This document shows, piece by piece, positions 1 to 12,438 of a stretch of DNA of 54,713 bases. Both the position numbers and the translations under genes were made by a program. The stretch comes from Chiloscyllium plagiosum (lineage: Eukaryota). Position 1 is the stretch's first letter. The number at the start of each line of letters is the position of its first letter. A model generated the notes under the pieces. That model was given only the letters and a program-made list of their open reading frames with translations. It was not told where the DNA came from and did not search any database. The stretch lies in contig NC_057718.1 of the NCBI RefSeq assembly GCF_004010195.1, positions 23,768,287 to 23,822,999 on the forward strand, read 5' to 3'.

Positions 1-198
1 AGTCGTGAGTTCATGGAATGCCCTGTCAGTAGCAGTGGTGGACTCTCCCTCATTATGAGCATTTAAGCGGGCATTGGATAGGCATATGGAGAATAGTGGG
101 CTAGTGTAGGTTAGGTGGGCTTGGATCGGCGCAACATCGAGGGCCGAACGGCCTGTACTGCGCTGTATTCTTCTATGTTCTATGTTCTATGTTCTATG
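1..198 (+). mobile_element. 3' end of a young CR1/HER1-type LINE (runs off the window start)
   Basis: Encodes the ORF2 C-terminus (SWNAL..AVVDSPSL..FKRALDRHM), followed by a 3' UTR and an (ATGTTCT)n tail. Near-identical to the reverse complement of 41271-41460. Confidence 0.9.
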
Positions 199-1374
199 AA
201 TGGGCTCGAGAAAGGAATTTGTGATCAGGGCTGCAACAGAAGATTCTGTTTACCAATCTCAATTAGGAGGAGCTTTCCCCCCATCCAGAGCAGGATTTCA
301 ACTGAGCAGGCTTACCATACTGAGGTGCTGGAGGGGGTTGAGAGAGGTAGAGCTGAATGCTATTCAGAATGCATTCATCAAGCATCTTAATTTTCCAGCA
401 CATATATGCCAATCAAGAGCAGCATTTCTGAGGAAATGTAAGATTACAAGTTTATGCAGAATCATTAAAAGGGTGGATTACGAACAAATAATTTTCTTTG
501 ATGAATGCATTATGTTTAGGTTTTCCCTTGTATTTACTTGTACGTACCTAGGAGCTTCCTCCCATTGTTTTCCCTCTTGATAGCAGTGTATAAACACCAT
601 ACAATATCTAAACTCATGAGGAAAAGATGAGGCTCAATACTTCCTTTCCCATTTCCTGACATTATATTTAATTTGACACTAAAGCCCAGTTGGACAAGAA
701 AAGGTTGGACAGGATCAGCGTCACTACTTCTGGAACCGTATAACATCCAGCAACAAATTGACGGAAGTCTCTTACTTGGTATTGTTGGTGGTAGGCTGCT
801 ACCTCCTTTCCTGCTGGTGCCTGGCCTCTTCAGTCACAAGGACAACCGGCTGTGAGGTTCATTCTGCCCTTACCCAGCTCACACGCACCAATGAAAAACA
901 CCAACAGCAAAGATCACTGATTGCTTCGATCTCACTTGGGCAAAAGCTGAGAGGTTAGTGAGAAGCAGTCACTAGTCTGCTGGCCAAAAGTGTGGGCCAG
1001 CAGCAGCAGCACTGTGCATCATGTTGCAGCAATTGTCTCTGGTCAGTCAGACAATAACGTTGCAACTGCACCAGGATCCCGGGGAAGTTTTGTACATGCT
1101 GATCCACTCTTACACAAATCCAAAGGCCAGAAGTAAAGCAAGCTCTCAAATACACAAAAAGGGCATTCTCATTGACAATTAGTCTGCATTAACTTTGTTT
1201 AGAAAAAGCATTCAATACACTTAATGACTACATGATGAACATACTCAGGGGAAAAAGGAACTGAATGCTTAATATTGGTTGGTAATAATAATAATAAACA
1301 AGCCTCATAATATATTGAGCTAACTTACGCGTTTGACATGTATCAACAGTTTCTCAAGCTGCTTATAATAACCA

Positions 1375-1687
1375 TAAGAATCCCTACAGTGTGTAGAGCA
1401 GGCCATCTGGCCGATCAAGTCCACACTCCCCCTCCAAAGAGCATCCCACCCAGCCCCACCGCCCGTTTCAATGGCTAATCCACTAAGCCTGCGCATCCCT
1501 CGATACAATGGGAAACACCCATGCTGCACATCTTTGGACCATAGGAGGAAACCAGAGTACCCAGAGGAAACCCATACAGACATGGGGAGAATCTACAAAC
1601 TCCACACAGTCACCCATGGGTGGAATTGAACCTGTGTCCCTAGTACTGTGAGCCAGCAGTGCTAACCACTGAGCCACTGTGCTGTCC
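1375..1687 (-). mobile_element. HE1-type V-SINE
   Basis: Reverse strand has a tRNA-like head (acagtggctcagtggttagcactgctg...gggacacaggttcaattcc), the V-domain (tgtgtggagtttg...tgggtttcctctgggtactctggtttcctcc) and a CR1-derived tail. Confidence 0.88.
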
Positions 1688-2199
1688 CAATGTTGGTCAA
1701 TAGAATAAATCAGGAACTGCTCATAAAAGTATAGCCACCAAGGCATTCTACCCAAGCCCCACATTCTGCTTCTTTATTAGTTCAGGTCCACCAAGTAGAT
1801 GTTTCAGACACCTTTTGTGCTGTTGGATCCAAGATTCTTTATCTTAGGATGAGTAAGGGTGCAGTAATTACAACTCACAGTCTCACTGCAGCCAGTGTGG
1901 TCATATGTGCAAGCCCATATGAGCAAGCAGTTGGGTTACCATTAGAGTTAGAGAATAGTTCAGGCATTGGAGGAGGACATTCATGCTATCATTTCCATGC
2001 TGGCCCTCTGCTACAGAATCTCAGCTCGTGCTGCACTTGCCCTGTCTCCCTGTATTATTATGATTTTCTCTCTGCAGGTGCTTCTGCAATTCCCTTTCAA
2101 AAAAAAGTGAAAGGATCTGTCTTTGCCATCCTTTCAAGCAGTGCATTCTACACGCTAACACCAGCCCTTCACAACATTCTTCACCAATCATTGCTTCAC

Positions 2200-2600
2200 C
2201 AATCAATAAAATCCTGGCTGATCTGATTAAAACTTCAAATCCACATTCCCACCTATCCCCAGTAACCTTTCACCCTCTTGTTGAGCAACAATCTATCCAC
2301 CCTGCCTTAAAAATATTCAAAGGCTCTGTTCCACCATGGTTTGTAGATGTGAACTCAAAATACATACAATCGTCTGGGAGAAAATAAATTCTTCTCGTCA
2401 CTATTTTAAATGGACATCCCTTATTTTAATTTCTAGTTAGATGCTTTTCACCTCTACACTGTGAACACTCCTGGGGATCTTATGTATCAATCAAGTCACC
2501 TCTTACTCTTCTAAATGCCAGTGGATACAGTCCTAGCTGCCCAACATTTCCAAATAAGGCAACCTACCAACTGAACCAGCCTCCACCAGCATTCCATAGT
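2200..2600 (-). mobile_element. Old degraded CR1 LINE 3' fragment
   Basis: Similar to the CR1 3' ends at 26425-27240 and 30670-31270 (ggctgatctgatt...ccacattccc...aaattcttctc...ttttaaatgg). Confidence 0.65.
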
Positions 2601-2692
2601 CTCCCGACTCGCAGTGTGAAAAGTTTACTTCACTTCAACTGCCGATCACTCTACATCTGTTACAAACAGGAATTTATTCTCCCAATCTGTTT

Positions 2693-2978
2693 GATTAGAT
2701 TACTGACAGTGTGGAAACAAGCCTTTTTGCCCAACAAGTCCACATCGACCCTCCAAAGAGTCCCAGACCCATTTTCCTCTGACTAATGCACCTAACTCTG
2801 TGGACAATTTAGCATGGCCAGTTCATCTGGCCTGCACACTTTGGATTGAGGGAGGAAACCCACGCAGACACGGGGAGAATGTGCAAACTCCACACAGACA
2901 GTCACCCAAGGCTGGAATCGAACCCAGGTCCCTAGCGCTGTGAGGCAGCAGTGCTAACCACTGAACCACTGTGCTGCT
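2693..2978 (-). mobile_element. HE1-type V-SINE
   Basis: tRNA head, V-domain and (AATCT)n-type tail on the reverse strand. Confidence 0.9.
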
Positions 2979-2989
2979 CATAAATTATT

Positions 2990-3205
2990 GTATTTAGCGC
3001 ATTCAAGATTTTCAAAGCCTCTGTCAGATCTCCTTTCAGCCTTCTTCTATCCAAGAAGAACCAACCCTGCTGCTTCATGACTAAAGGTCCTCATCCCTGG
3101 GCCAACTCCTGTCAATTGCTTCTGCACTGTCTCCAGTGCGTTCACATCTTTCCTATAATGTGGAGTCCACCACTGTACACAGCATTCCAGCTGAGGTCTT
3201 ACTGG
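2990..3205 (-). mobile_element. CR1 ORF2 C-terminal fragment
   Basis: Reverse strand reads RPQLECCVQWWTPHYRKDVNALETVQKQ, the CR1 RPHLEYCVQFWSP motif. Confidence 0.75.
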
Positions 3206-4445
3206 CTCGCAGTGTTGATGCACTGAATGTACAGATGATAAAATCCTTGCTGAAGTGCATTTCTAAGTGACAAAAACGTAACTATTAAGCCAATTCATAT
3301 CCATATTACAAATAGTCATTATGTCTGTTGACTTTCAATGTAGATTTGAAAACAGTTGTGTCTAAAAGGAATTGCTCGCAGGACATTGAACTCTATATTG
3401 GTATTGCCTTCAGAAGAAATAAGTCTCCACAACTGATGGAAAGGGTAACCTAGATTTAATGTAAAATGTGTCATTGTCAACAGCAGATTACATTTGTATA
3501 GCACTTTTAACTGTAATAAAAAAAACCCTTGAGTGCTTCACAGCGACGTGATCAAATTGGACATGATACTGAGCTGGGTCCTGTGATATGCTGGCCAGCT
3601 GTTGGATCCAAGGTGGAGAGGTAATTACGGAAGGGTTTGGATTAAATTTAGAATTAGGTTTTATTGTCACGTGTACTCAGGTATAGGGGTACAGGAGTAC
3701 GGTGAAAAGTTTACAATGCCACCATTCACGGTGCCATCTTAGGGACATGGTACCTAGGTACAAATCTTATGTAAAATGTAGAAAAATAAAGAAATAAATT
3801 AAATGTTCAACTCTACAATTCATCTCAATATTAACTAGTAAAGTTAAAAGTTCCAAATTTCGGAGTTGTTTCTTGTGCATGCAAGAAAAGCATCCTGACT
3901 GTTCTCGACTCAACTCAAGACAATTGGACAGAATTCTTTTTGCAGTCTAAGTGAAGAGGCAGGACCAAGGAAGTGTGTTTTCTCACTGGCTGGAAGGCAG
4001 GTTGTTTTTTTGTCCAGCAAGGAAATGCAGCTCAGCTCATTAGCTGTGCACACACAGATAAAATGGTGAATCTCCTGGAAGATTGGATCTGGCCATCCTT
4101 TGATTTGTGGGGCAGGGGGTTGAAGGTATAGGCACCCAGACAGCGAAACTGTCTGCAACGCTGCTGCACCTCTATTGTCATTCTCCAGAATTTGGAGACT
4201 TTCCTGTATCTATCGGATAATAGCTGCTGCTACCAGTGATGTCAGACCAGACCACCATGGGTTCACGGTTGACCGTCACCCAGTTTGCAGGTTCTCCTCC
4301 TGGTGATGAGGGAAAGGAAGGAAGTGCTGTATCTCAGAGACAGCAGCTGACCATGGCAAATAGGTCCGAGGTAGCAGCACAGGTTCCTGGCCCTGTTTCC
4401 AGTTGCTGCACTGAATGGGGAAGTTTTTTTTCTTACCATCCCACC

Positions 4446-4550
4446 AGATTTCATTAGATTACATTACAGTGTGGAAACAGGCCCTTCGGCCCAACAGGTC
4501 CACACCTACCCGCCGAAGCATAACCCACCCAATACCCCTACATTTCCACC
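4446..4550 (-). mobile_element. Short 3' tail fragment of an HE1/HER1-type element
   Basis: acagtgtggaaacaggcccttcggcccaacaggtccacac matches the tails of the HE1 copies at 2693 and 49224. Confidence 0.7.
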
Positions 4551-6354
4551 TAATAAACATTTAAGAATGGGGAAATCAAAGCATTTTGTTCAGTGGCTCT
4601 TTGATTTTCCTCCTGATGTTTGTTCACAAGCTTGCTTTGCACAATAATTTTTCTCTCCTGGAGACTCCAACACAATCCTGAAGAGTTTAAAACCTTTTGC
4701 TGCCCTCTTGTCTTATTTGACCAGTCTCCTTGCCTCAGACAGACTACAAGCCTGGACAAGTCTCTGTGACCCCATGGACTGCCTAAAACCAACCTGAATA
4801 GTGGATATGGACAAACACTACACCAAGAGATAAAAACAGCTGCACTCTCCAAGATGAACAGTTTGATCATGAGCTCACCTTTTGCATGCCTCTTTAAAGA
4901 GTGGGGTTTCTGAAGACTTTGTTTGTTGCTGGCACAGGACTTTATGGGGAAGGGAACTTAATTCTGGCGATTATGTTAATGAGGCAAGCATGAGATGTAA
5001 TGCATGGGAAAGGGCTGAATATCATTGGGAAAACCCACCTGCATTTACACTTAAGAGAAGTTAACCTTCAAACTTCATCATGTTGTTGAGATCCCAAGTT
5101 GTTCCCACTTGCTTAAGTTCTCTTCCTCCTTGCCTCACATCCCAGGAACAGTATGAGTACCATAGTCCAGTGTGTATCCCAACATTGTGCCCATTTATCA
5201 GAGTTTTATAATGGACGTTGAACAGCGATTTGCATATTTAAGGTACTCCGATCTACCTCAGGTGGATTGCTCGGCCATTTACAGACTGCAAGGTGATTCC
5301 CCATGCCAGGTTCATGCCAGTGTTCAATTCTGAGGATATTGTATGGATTATGAAATGATTCTCCAGTTTGGTTCTCTCTGTACTTTGTGGACTGATTAAA
5401 TGAAGACTATTAAAGAGTTCCAGAGGCCCAGTGCATCTCTGAAAATCAGTAGATCTTCTTTGTAGATGACTTAAGTAGTTTTAAATTTGGTGATTGTCTG
5501 AATAGCCAGCAAAACATCCCCTTTCCCCTTTGTTTTACTGATCTGCTTATTCAAGACCAGTTGTTCAATGACCTCAATAAACTGTTGATGTGAGGTTGGA
5601 ATTACGACACCTTTAATTTACTCCAGGAATGGCTAATTACCTCAGCATGATGAATGAGCGTCCTGAACATTTAATAGCTTCAATGTTTATTACTGGCAAT
5701 TGGCATTTCTTTTGTTTGATTCGCAAAGCCTTTGCAGATACAGGACTTTCAATTAAACCTGTATCCAGGATACATGCACACTGTGCATGAACCACAAGTC
5801 ATGCAAGCAATTACTTTATGCATATACATTGCAATATCAAATCATGATATGCTAGAGCATCCTTATACAATTAGTATGCTTCACAAATCACTGTAGGCCG
5901 AAATAAGGCCTGCTGTTTTTCCACATTTGATTTGTTCTGTATGTTTGAATCTACATTATGTTTGCATTTCCTATGGCTTCTTATATCCCATCCTGTCCTC
6001 AATGTACTGGAGTAAATTAGAAGAGAGTTTGACATAGAATGGTAGCCCTCCAATTCTTTATCAATGTGACTTTCTCTTCATGTGGAGCCTGGCCTGAACA
6101 AGAAACATTGGCTAGTTGTTTGATGGAGGAACGTGAATTGCAAATGAGGTTAGGATTTCACACAGAGCCCATCCACTGGCCAGAATGTTAAGGAAGAGTG
6201 TGCTTCTTCCTGCCCTGGACGAGGTTCAGGCATTTACTTGATGACCTCAGTCCTTTTGGGAAAGGCATCCTGCCTTCAGAAGCTGCCAATCACTCAGACG
6301 ACTTGCCAGCAGCAACTCAGCTCCATCAACACCACTGGGGGCAATTGTAGCAAG

Positions 6355-6580
6355 TGTAACAAGGTCAGCCAGATGGACTGCATAGAAAATGAGCTCCCTG
6401 ATTAGGGCTGTTAATTTGGTCAAATTCAGGAGCCCTCACTGACAGCTTTAACAGGAGCATCAGAGGTTCTGTTCACTCTGAGATCTGGCTCTGAGGAAGC
6501 TGGATTAGTGGCAAGGACTTTCCACGTGTAAATACAGGGTGACTTGGTGATGGGATACCAGCCTCTGTGGAGTTATTTCA
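6355..6580 (+). mobile_element. Probable solo LTR (Gypsy-type), 226 bp
   Basis: Starts TGTAAC and ends TTTCA (TG...CA), with a polyA-signal-like aaataca near the 3' end, and interrupts an older repeat. No clean TSD is visible. Confidence 0.55.
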
Positions 6581-6849
6581 GTGATGGCTTCTTCTAGGAT
6601 TACCCCAATGACTGCCAACATTAATCATGCTCTGGGGAGTGTTGGAGATATTGTCACTTATGAAAGCAACCAGCGTCTTCCCATGTGGCTTTGGTGGGGG
6701 GCATTGCTTGGGCACAGGATGTTAAAACAGGAGGCCCCCATGCCCCCGAAGTCCATGGCAAGTCTGCTCTGTTTTATAAGCAGCCTCCCAGTGTGAACTT
6801 CCAATCCACACACTGACTATCAACAGTGATAGTTCCAGATTTTTCATTG

Positions 6850-7040
6850 TTCTCGGAGCAGAGGGTGTAATTACAGAGGAAGGAGTGGCCCAAGTTGGAC
6901 ACAGATGGGAATTTCTTCTCTCAGAGAGGAATGAATCTGGAAATTTTAATCTCGGAGGGCAGTGGAGGCTGGGTCATTTGGTACATTCAAAGCAGGTTTT
7001 AATCAGCAAGGGAATCCAGAATTATGGGGAATGGCAAAGT
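6850..7040 (+). mobile_element. Degraded CR1 3' fragment
   Basis: gaatttcttctctcagagag...gaatctggaaa...gagggcagtggaggct matches the RNFFSQRVV..WN.L motif. Confidence 0.65.
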
Positions 7041-7379
7041 GGTATAATGTTCCAAGTAAATGTTCCTGAACCTGGAAAACTGCAAAAGAGCACAATTGAA
7101 TAGACCTCCGAAAATAAATGAGGGGATCATGAGGTGGTCGCTAGCCCATATCTGTTCAATGCAATGCGACTAGAACCCCAAATGTATGCTGCTTGTTCAG
7201 TTGTATTTACTGTTGTGTATATCCATCACCCACCTTAGGGTGTAATGGCTGTGGGCCCCATAATTAACCTAATATCATAAGGTTAATCTGTTCCGAAAGG
7301 GGCTGTGAATTGTGGCCGGAGCAGGAGCTGGCTGACAAGTGAGGAAGTGAATCCGACTTGCAAAACACTGAACAGTGGT

Positions 7380-9005
7380 ATGGTATGTGAGACACAGGAC
7401 TCCAATGGAGACCTGGTTGGAGGAGGTACAATGTGGAAGGGGTGTCCTGTGTCCACAGGGGGCACTAAGAGGCCCTCCAGATACAAACTGGAGAGGTGAA
7501 TGCCAGGGGTAATGCTCAGACATCTGCAGGTGGTGTCGCCCCAAGTTCAGGGACCTCATGTGAGCAGTCAAAGTCAGTAAATATTTTTTCAAATGCCACA
7601 TCCTGCCAATTACCAGGAATCATAACTCATTACAAATGCCATCTCACATTGTGCCACAATCTCTAACCATCAGCCTTGTAATGATATTGGCATTCTTCAC
7701 TTCATCCTCCCACATCCTCACCCCCACAGCTTCCAGCTTGCACATACTGCCAACTATTTGGCCATTGACAGCCACATTAGCCTACCTCATTGCACGTCAC
7801 TCACTGATACACTGGCCTTTTACCTGCAGAACAGATTGGCACAGATCCAGAGGCAATAAGAGTTAAACAGGGAGGGGGCAAGGGTAGAGGGGAAGCACAC
7901 CAGCACTTTCTGACCATCATGAAGGAAATGGTGTTGGCCATTATTGAGTCACCCGTTGCCACGTCAGTGATCAGTAGTGGGGATGAAACCTTGGAACATG
8001 ACAATATGTTGATACCCAATCCTTCTCACATCTCATTAATCCCCCAGCCCACACTCTCCTCTGATTTACAAGGTGAAAATGCTGCAAGAATGTATCTCTT
8101 ATCACCCATTGACTCTACCATACCGCAATCTTATCTTTGTACCTTTCGTCTTTCAGAGGTACAAGAGGTACCGCTGCCTAGACAGTGGAGGAGGTGTGAG
8201 AGTGATAGTAAAGACATGACACCCTCATTTGATTGCAGACTCAGAGCCAGCAGCTCTCACACTGACACTGTGTGTACCTTGAAGAGTAGATCAGAGGCAC
8301 AATCAGTATTCAGTCAGACATACCTGGGCTGCAGGTGCAGCACATCCCTTAGGGCAAGATCACACATGGCGGCCACTGCAAGAGTACTCATATGTGTCTC
8401 CAAATAGATGTTTACTGTTGAGGGATTTGTATAACAAAATGCTTAGGAAGTCCTGCAGATCATTTCAAGGAGCATGCAGGAGTCCGCCATCAACTTGGCG
8501 CAGTGCATTGTGCTAATTCTGGATTCCATCCTTTCTGATGTGGAAGTGATAGTCAACTCAGTATGCTTGTGGGCCTAACCATCAGATGGCTCATTATCAT
8601 AGCGCCCATTGCAGCATGAGCACTCATCACCAGAGTGCTGCAGTTGAAGTGCACATCGCTGTTGTGTAAAGGCAGCTTGCTACCATGCTAGTGTGTAAAG
8701 CAGCTTACAGACCATCACAATCCGAAAACCAGACCCCAACAAATTACAAAGATTGCTGAGGTGCTGCTCCAGGAGGAGTTGCAATGGCTCCTCGGAGGAT
8801 GAATCTTCATCTCTCCTCTTTAGGAATGCAATGTCTGTTCTTCTGCCTCAAACACTGCCTTTGTTGTCAGTCAGTAGCACTGCAGCCACTCATTCAGAAA
8901 TGGTGCAGTTCTCAACTAGGCCTTTCAGGCCCAGAAAGGTGCTTGACATTACCCTCCAAGGACATCTCCATTCTCCTCCACAGAAAGTCAACAGCCTTTC
9001 ACCAA
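7380..9005 (+). pseudogene. Decayed intron-containing Myb/SANT-like gene of PIF/Harbinger type (NAIF1/MSANTD-like)
   Basis: Exon-like 7380-7572 gives METWLEEVQCGRGVLCPQG...RWCRPKFRDLM*AVK|gtcagt, resembling the Myb end QCRKKFNDL. Acceptor ctgcag|7830 gives NRLAQIQRQ*..GGG..FLTIMKEMVLAIIE, resembling the TGGG..LT..EE.VL.I motif. Acceptor tttcag|8157 opens a low-complexity tail. Stops and frameshifts are present. Confidence 0.55.
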
Positions 9006-10661
9006 TCATGTTGGAATAAGTCTATGTAGGAGAACTCAGACTCATTTGAAATTGCTGGGTCTTTTTAATATTGGAGTTTGCAATCTAATCATTACAAATC
9101 ATTTTAGTAACACTGTTGCTTCTAGCAGAAAGGAAGTCTGACCTACAGCCTTACAAATGAGTATTTTTAAAATGTGATTTCTCTGCTTCTTTCCAAGTGG
9201 GAAAGGATATTTTTGCTGCAATGTTTTCTGCCTAGTAATTTATTAAATCCTGACCTGAATCAATATTACTTAGCAATAAGTAGTCTGTGTGTCTTTAAAG
9301 TAGCACAGAACTGTGCTGATTGGAGGATAATGATTTGCATGGTTTAACCTTGCCAATCATTATTGAAATCAGAAAATGATTTCCTCACCCAATGAAATGA
9401 AATATGCAGCCAACTCTGTACAACTCTGTGGCAATTGTGTTTATTTTTCTATCTCTCTCTTTCAGTAGCTGCGTTAAATGTGAAACATTCTTTAACATGC
9501 ATTTTCTTTTCAGGGTTTAATCATATGAGTCTGCTTATGATTGATCCTCACTGTACTTGATGGGTTAAGCCTGGGCACAGACTCAGAGAAGAGCAAAGTT
9601 ATTGAAAGAGCTGGCAACTGGAACTGAAGTATGGAGTCAACATTTCAGAGCAATATGAATGAAATATGCTATAGACAGAAACAAGTGTAATCTCTGCATT
9701 TCATTAAAATCCACATTTGTAGAGAAGCTATTTGCATTGAGAGCATGTCATGTTAATGCCTAATCAGTCATATTTTAAAGTCATTATTAAGGTGATGAGA
9801 AATAGGTGCCCTTGAGTACATATAAATAAAGGTGTCCTTGCTGGGCTTTGGTTTTTTAATGGTGAAACATATTACAGTCATTTGGCAGCAAAAGCTGTTC
9901 AATTGTGTGTGAGAACACTTTTGGACATAAAGAAAAGATGAATATAAATAGAAGGCTGATGTGGTAATGTCTGTCCCTCTGGAACAGAAAACTTAGGTTC
10001 AAGTCCTACCTGGTCCAGAGGTGACCCATAGCAAGTCTGACCAAGTTGAATAAAAGCACTTAGTTATAAAAAGTCTGCAGTTTTTAAACTGGGCGCTGTG
10101 AAACTGAAGAAGTCAATAAACTCTTTCCACAAGGAAAAGCTATATGTCTTGGCTTCTGTCTCACCATCTGGCTTGGGTTCTATTGATACCGAAACCCTAG
10201 AGTCAGTCAGGCAGATCTTTCTCATTATTGTCATGTAGTTCAGAAATAGGCTGTATGGATTTGATGAACAACCACTGTTTATTCAGTAGTAAAGCAATGG
10301 ATGTTGACAATGTGACAATCTCTGCCTAATGCCTATTAAGCTTGTGTTTGCTTGTGTTCATCAGAATAACCAAATGTATTATTTTGTCAATCTTTAGGTG
10401 AATGAAGATGTTGAAGGAGTAAGAAAATGTAGAGCTTTCAACTGTGCTAATATTTTAGATGGAGTGTGAAACTGCTATTGAATGGTTCATACACAGTGAT
10501 GCCCAATAAAAATTCCTTCAGGGCACATGTAAGTAATTTTCATATTCTTAATTCAATATTTATGAGGTTTCTAAAGTTTCTTTTTTCCTGTGCATCATGT
10601 AAAAAGGCACAAAGATCTACGAGTTATTTGTAAATGACATTTTGATGGAAAAATAAGAAAG

Positions 10662-11234
10662 AAATAACTTACAATTATGCAGCAGCTGTCAGAACCTCAG
10701 GATCTATCAAACACCTTACAGTCAATAAAGTCCTTTTGAAGGTTGATCACTGCTGTAGTGCAACTTTTGGTGAAATATATCAGCATTTAAATATAATCTT
10801 CATTTAATAATCGTGTTATGCTTATGCTGCAACCAAGATCATCTCTTATAATCTCGAAGTACTTTCTCCTTTCCTACAGTAAAAAATATTATGTAATTTT
10901 AAAAATAAAAAAAGTCCTGCATTTCCCAATCTCTGCATATGTCAAAATGTTTAGCAAACAATGAAATACTCTTGAGTTGTATTCATTGTTGTAGTGAAGA
11001 AAGCATGATAGCCAGTTTGTGAACAGTAAGCTTCTGCATGCTTTGATCTTTGTTCTTCATCAAAGACTTCTGTGGGATCATTTATTCCTTTGAGAAGAAC
11101 ACTGGGGCAGTAGTTTAACATCTTGATACTGCACTGCTGTGCCAGCCCAGATTTTATACTCACCTCTCCAGAGTGGGACTTGAGTCCACAACTTCCTGAC
11201 TCAAAAATGCCAAAGCTACCACTGACCACAGCTG
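10662..11234 (-). mobile_element. Degraded Deu-domain (SacSINE/AmnSINE-like) SINE, in two pieces
   Basis: Head near 11140-11234 (gagtgggacttgagtccacaacttcctgactc) and L2-type tail at about 10662-10760; similar to 27996-28426. Confidence 0.55.
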
Positions 11235-12098
11235 GTTCCTGCAACTCTGAATTTCGATGGAACTAAACAACTTAGAGATTGGCAGTAATTCATTTGATAT
11301 TGTTTTCAACAGATAAAGAATTAAGGTCCGATATCAGGTCAGGGCTCTGTGTCAGCCTAGCGATTCCCATATTGTTTCCCATCTGTGTTCATCATTCCAC
11401 ACTTTTAACAAAATGCTTATGAAAGAATTTCCTTCCAATGAACAACCATTTTAAGTCACTCCCATTTCCTAATAACAGAATAAAAAGGACAAAACCAAAA
11501 TGCCCGAGATCTCCTTTGATGTCAGGAGGTTCATGTTATCTCTGCTAGATTTGGTGTTTGACACCGAGATCCATTGCAGACCCTGTGTAACTGATAAATG
11601 CAGCACTCTGGGAAATGTATTTCAGTGTCAGCTCATCTCCCATCCTGATTTTCATACTGGCCTGATAAATAACATACTGCATGTGCACAATGTCGATTCG
11701 TCCTTCTGTTGGAAAACTCTATTCAGGAACACCCCCTGTTTTGAACTTGAAGGTGCACCATTTAACCAGATTCTTTAGGCAGATGATGTTCTTCCTTCAA
11801 GTAACTTGTGCAACAAAACCCAGTTTTCTCACCACCACATTACAAATTCCTTCAGTGGTTTATTGTTCCAATGGGCATCCAATGTCAAACAATGATGCAA
11901 AGATTTGAATGCCAGACAGATTAGATGCACTAAGAATAGCAGTTCTAATTATCCCTGACCTGCTTTGGATTTTCATGACACACGCACACAGACACGCACA
12001 CACTCAGACACATACACATTCACACACAAACACACAAAGCCACATACATGCATATCCACACATACACAGACCCACTCACTCATGTGTTAATACACACA

Positions 12099-12438
12099 GC
12101 TGAAAATGTGTTACTGGAAAACGCAGCAGGTCCTTGGACTCTTCCATCGCCAGACCATAGCAACACGACGGTTGGAGGAAGAGCGCCTCATCTTCCGCCT
12201 AGGAACCCTCCAACCACAAGGGATGAACTCAGATTTCTCCAGTTTCCTCATTTCCCCTCCCCCCACCTTGTCTCAGTCAAATCCCTCGAACTCAGCACCG
12301 CCTTCCTAACCTNNNNNNNNNNNNNNNNNNNNNNNNNNNNNNNNNNNNNNNNNNNNNNNNNNNAGATTTTAACCTACTGCGAATCCTCTTACAAGGATGC
12401 CTTCCTTGAAGAAGCTCTCTTCCTCCCTCATATCCTCC
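12099..12438. mobile_element. Rearranged Penelope-like element insertion spanning an assembly gap
   Basis: 14-bp TSD tgttaatacacaca at 12085-12098 and 12439-12452. Encodes the GIY-YIG C-terminus VLGLFHRQTIATRRLEEERLIFRLGTLQPQGMN. Confidence 0.85.
12313..12363. other. Assembly gap (51 N)
   Basis: Run of N. Confidence 1.

Noticed and set aside
10398..10528. Plus-strand exon-like block (ctttag|...CAT|gtaagt), plus acceptors near 9465 and 9513
   Set aside because: Stops in all frames and no supporting partner exons; consistent with chance splice-like motifs.
11500..11908. Overlapping short ORFs in unique sequence
   Set aside because: Under 100 aa with no motif and no consistent splice sites.
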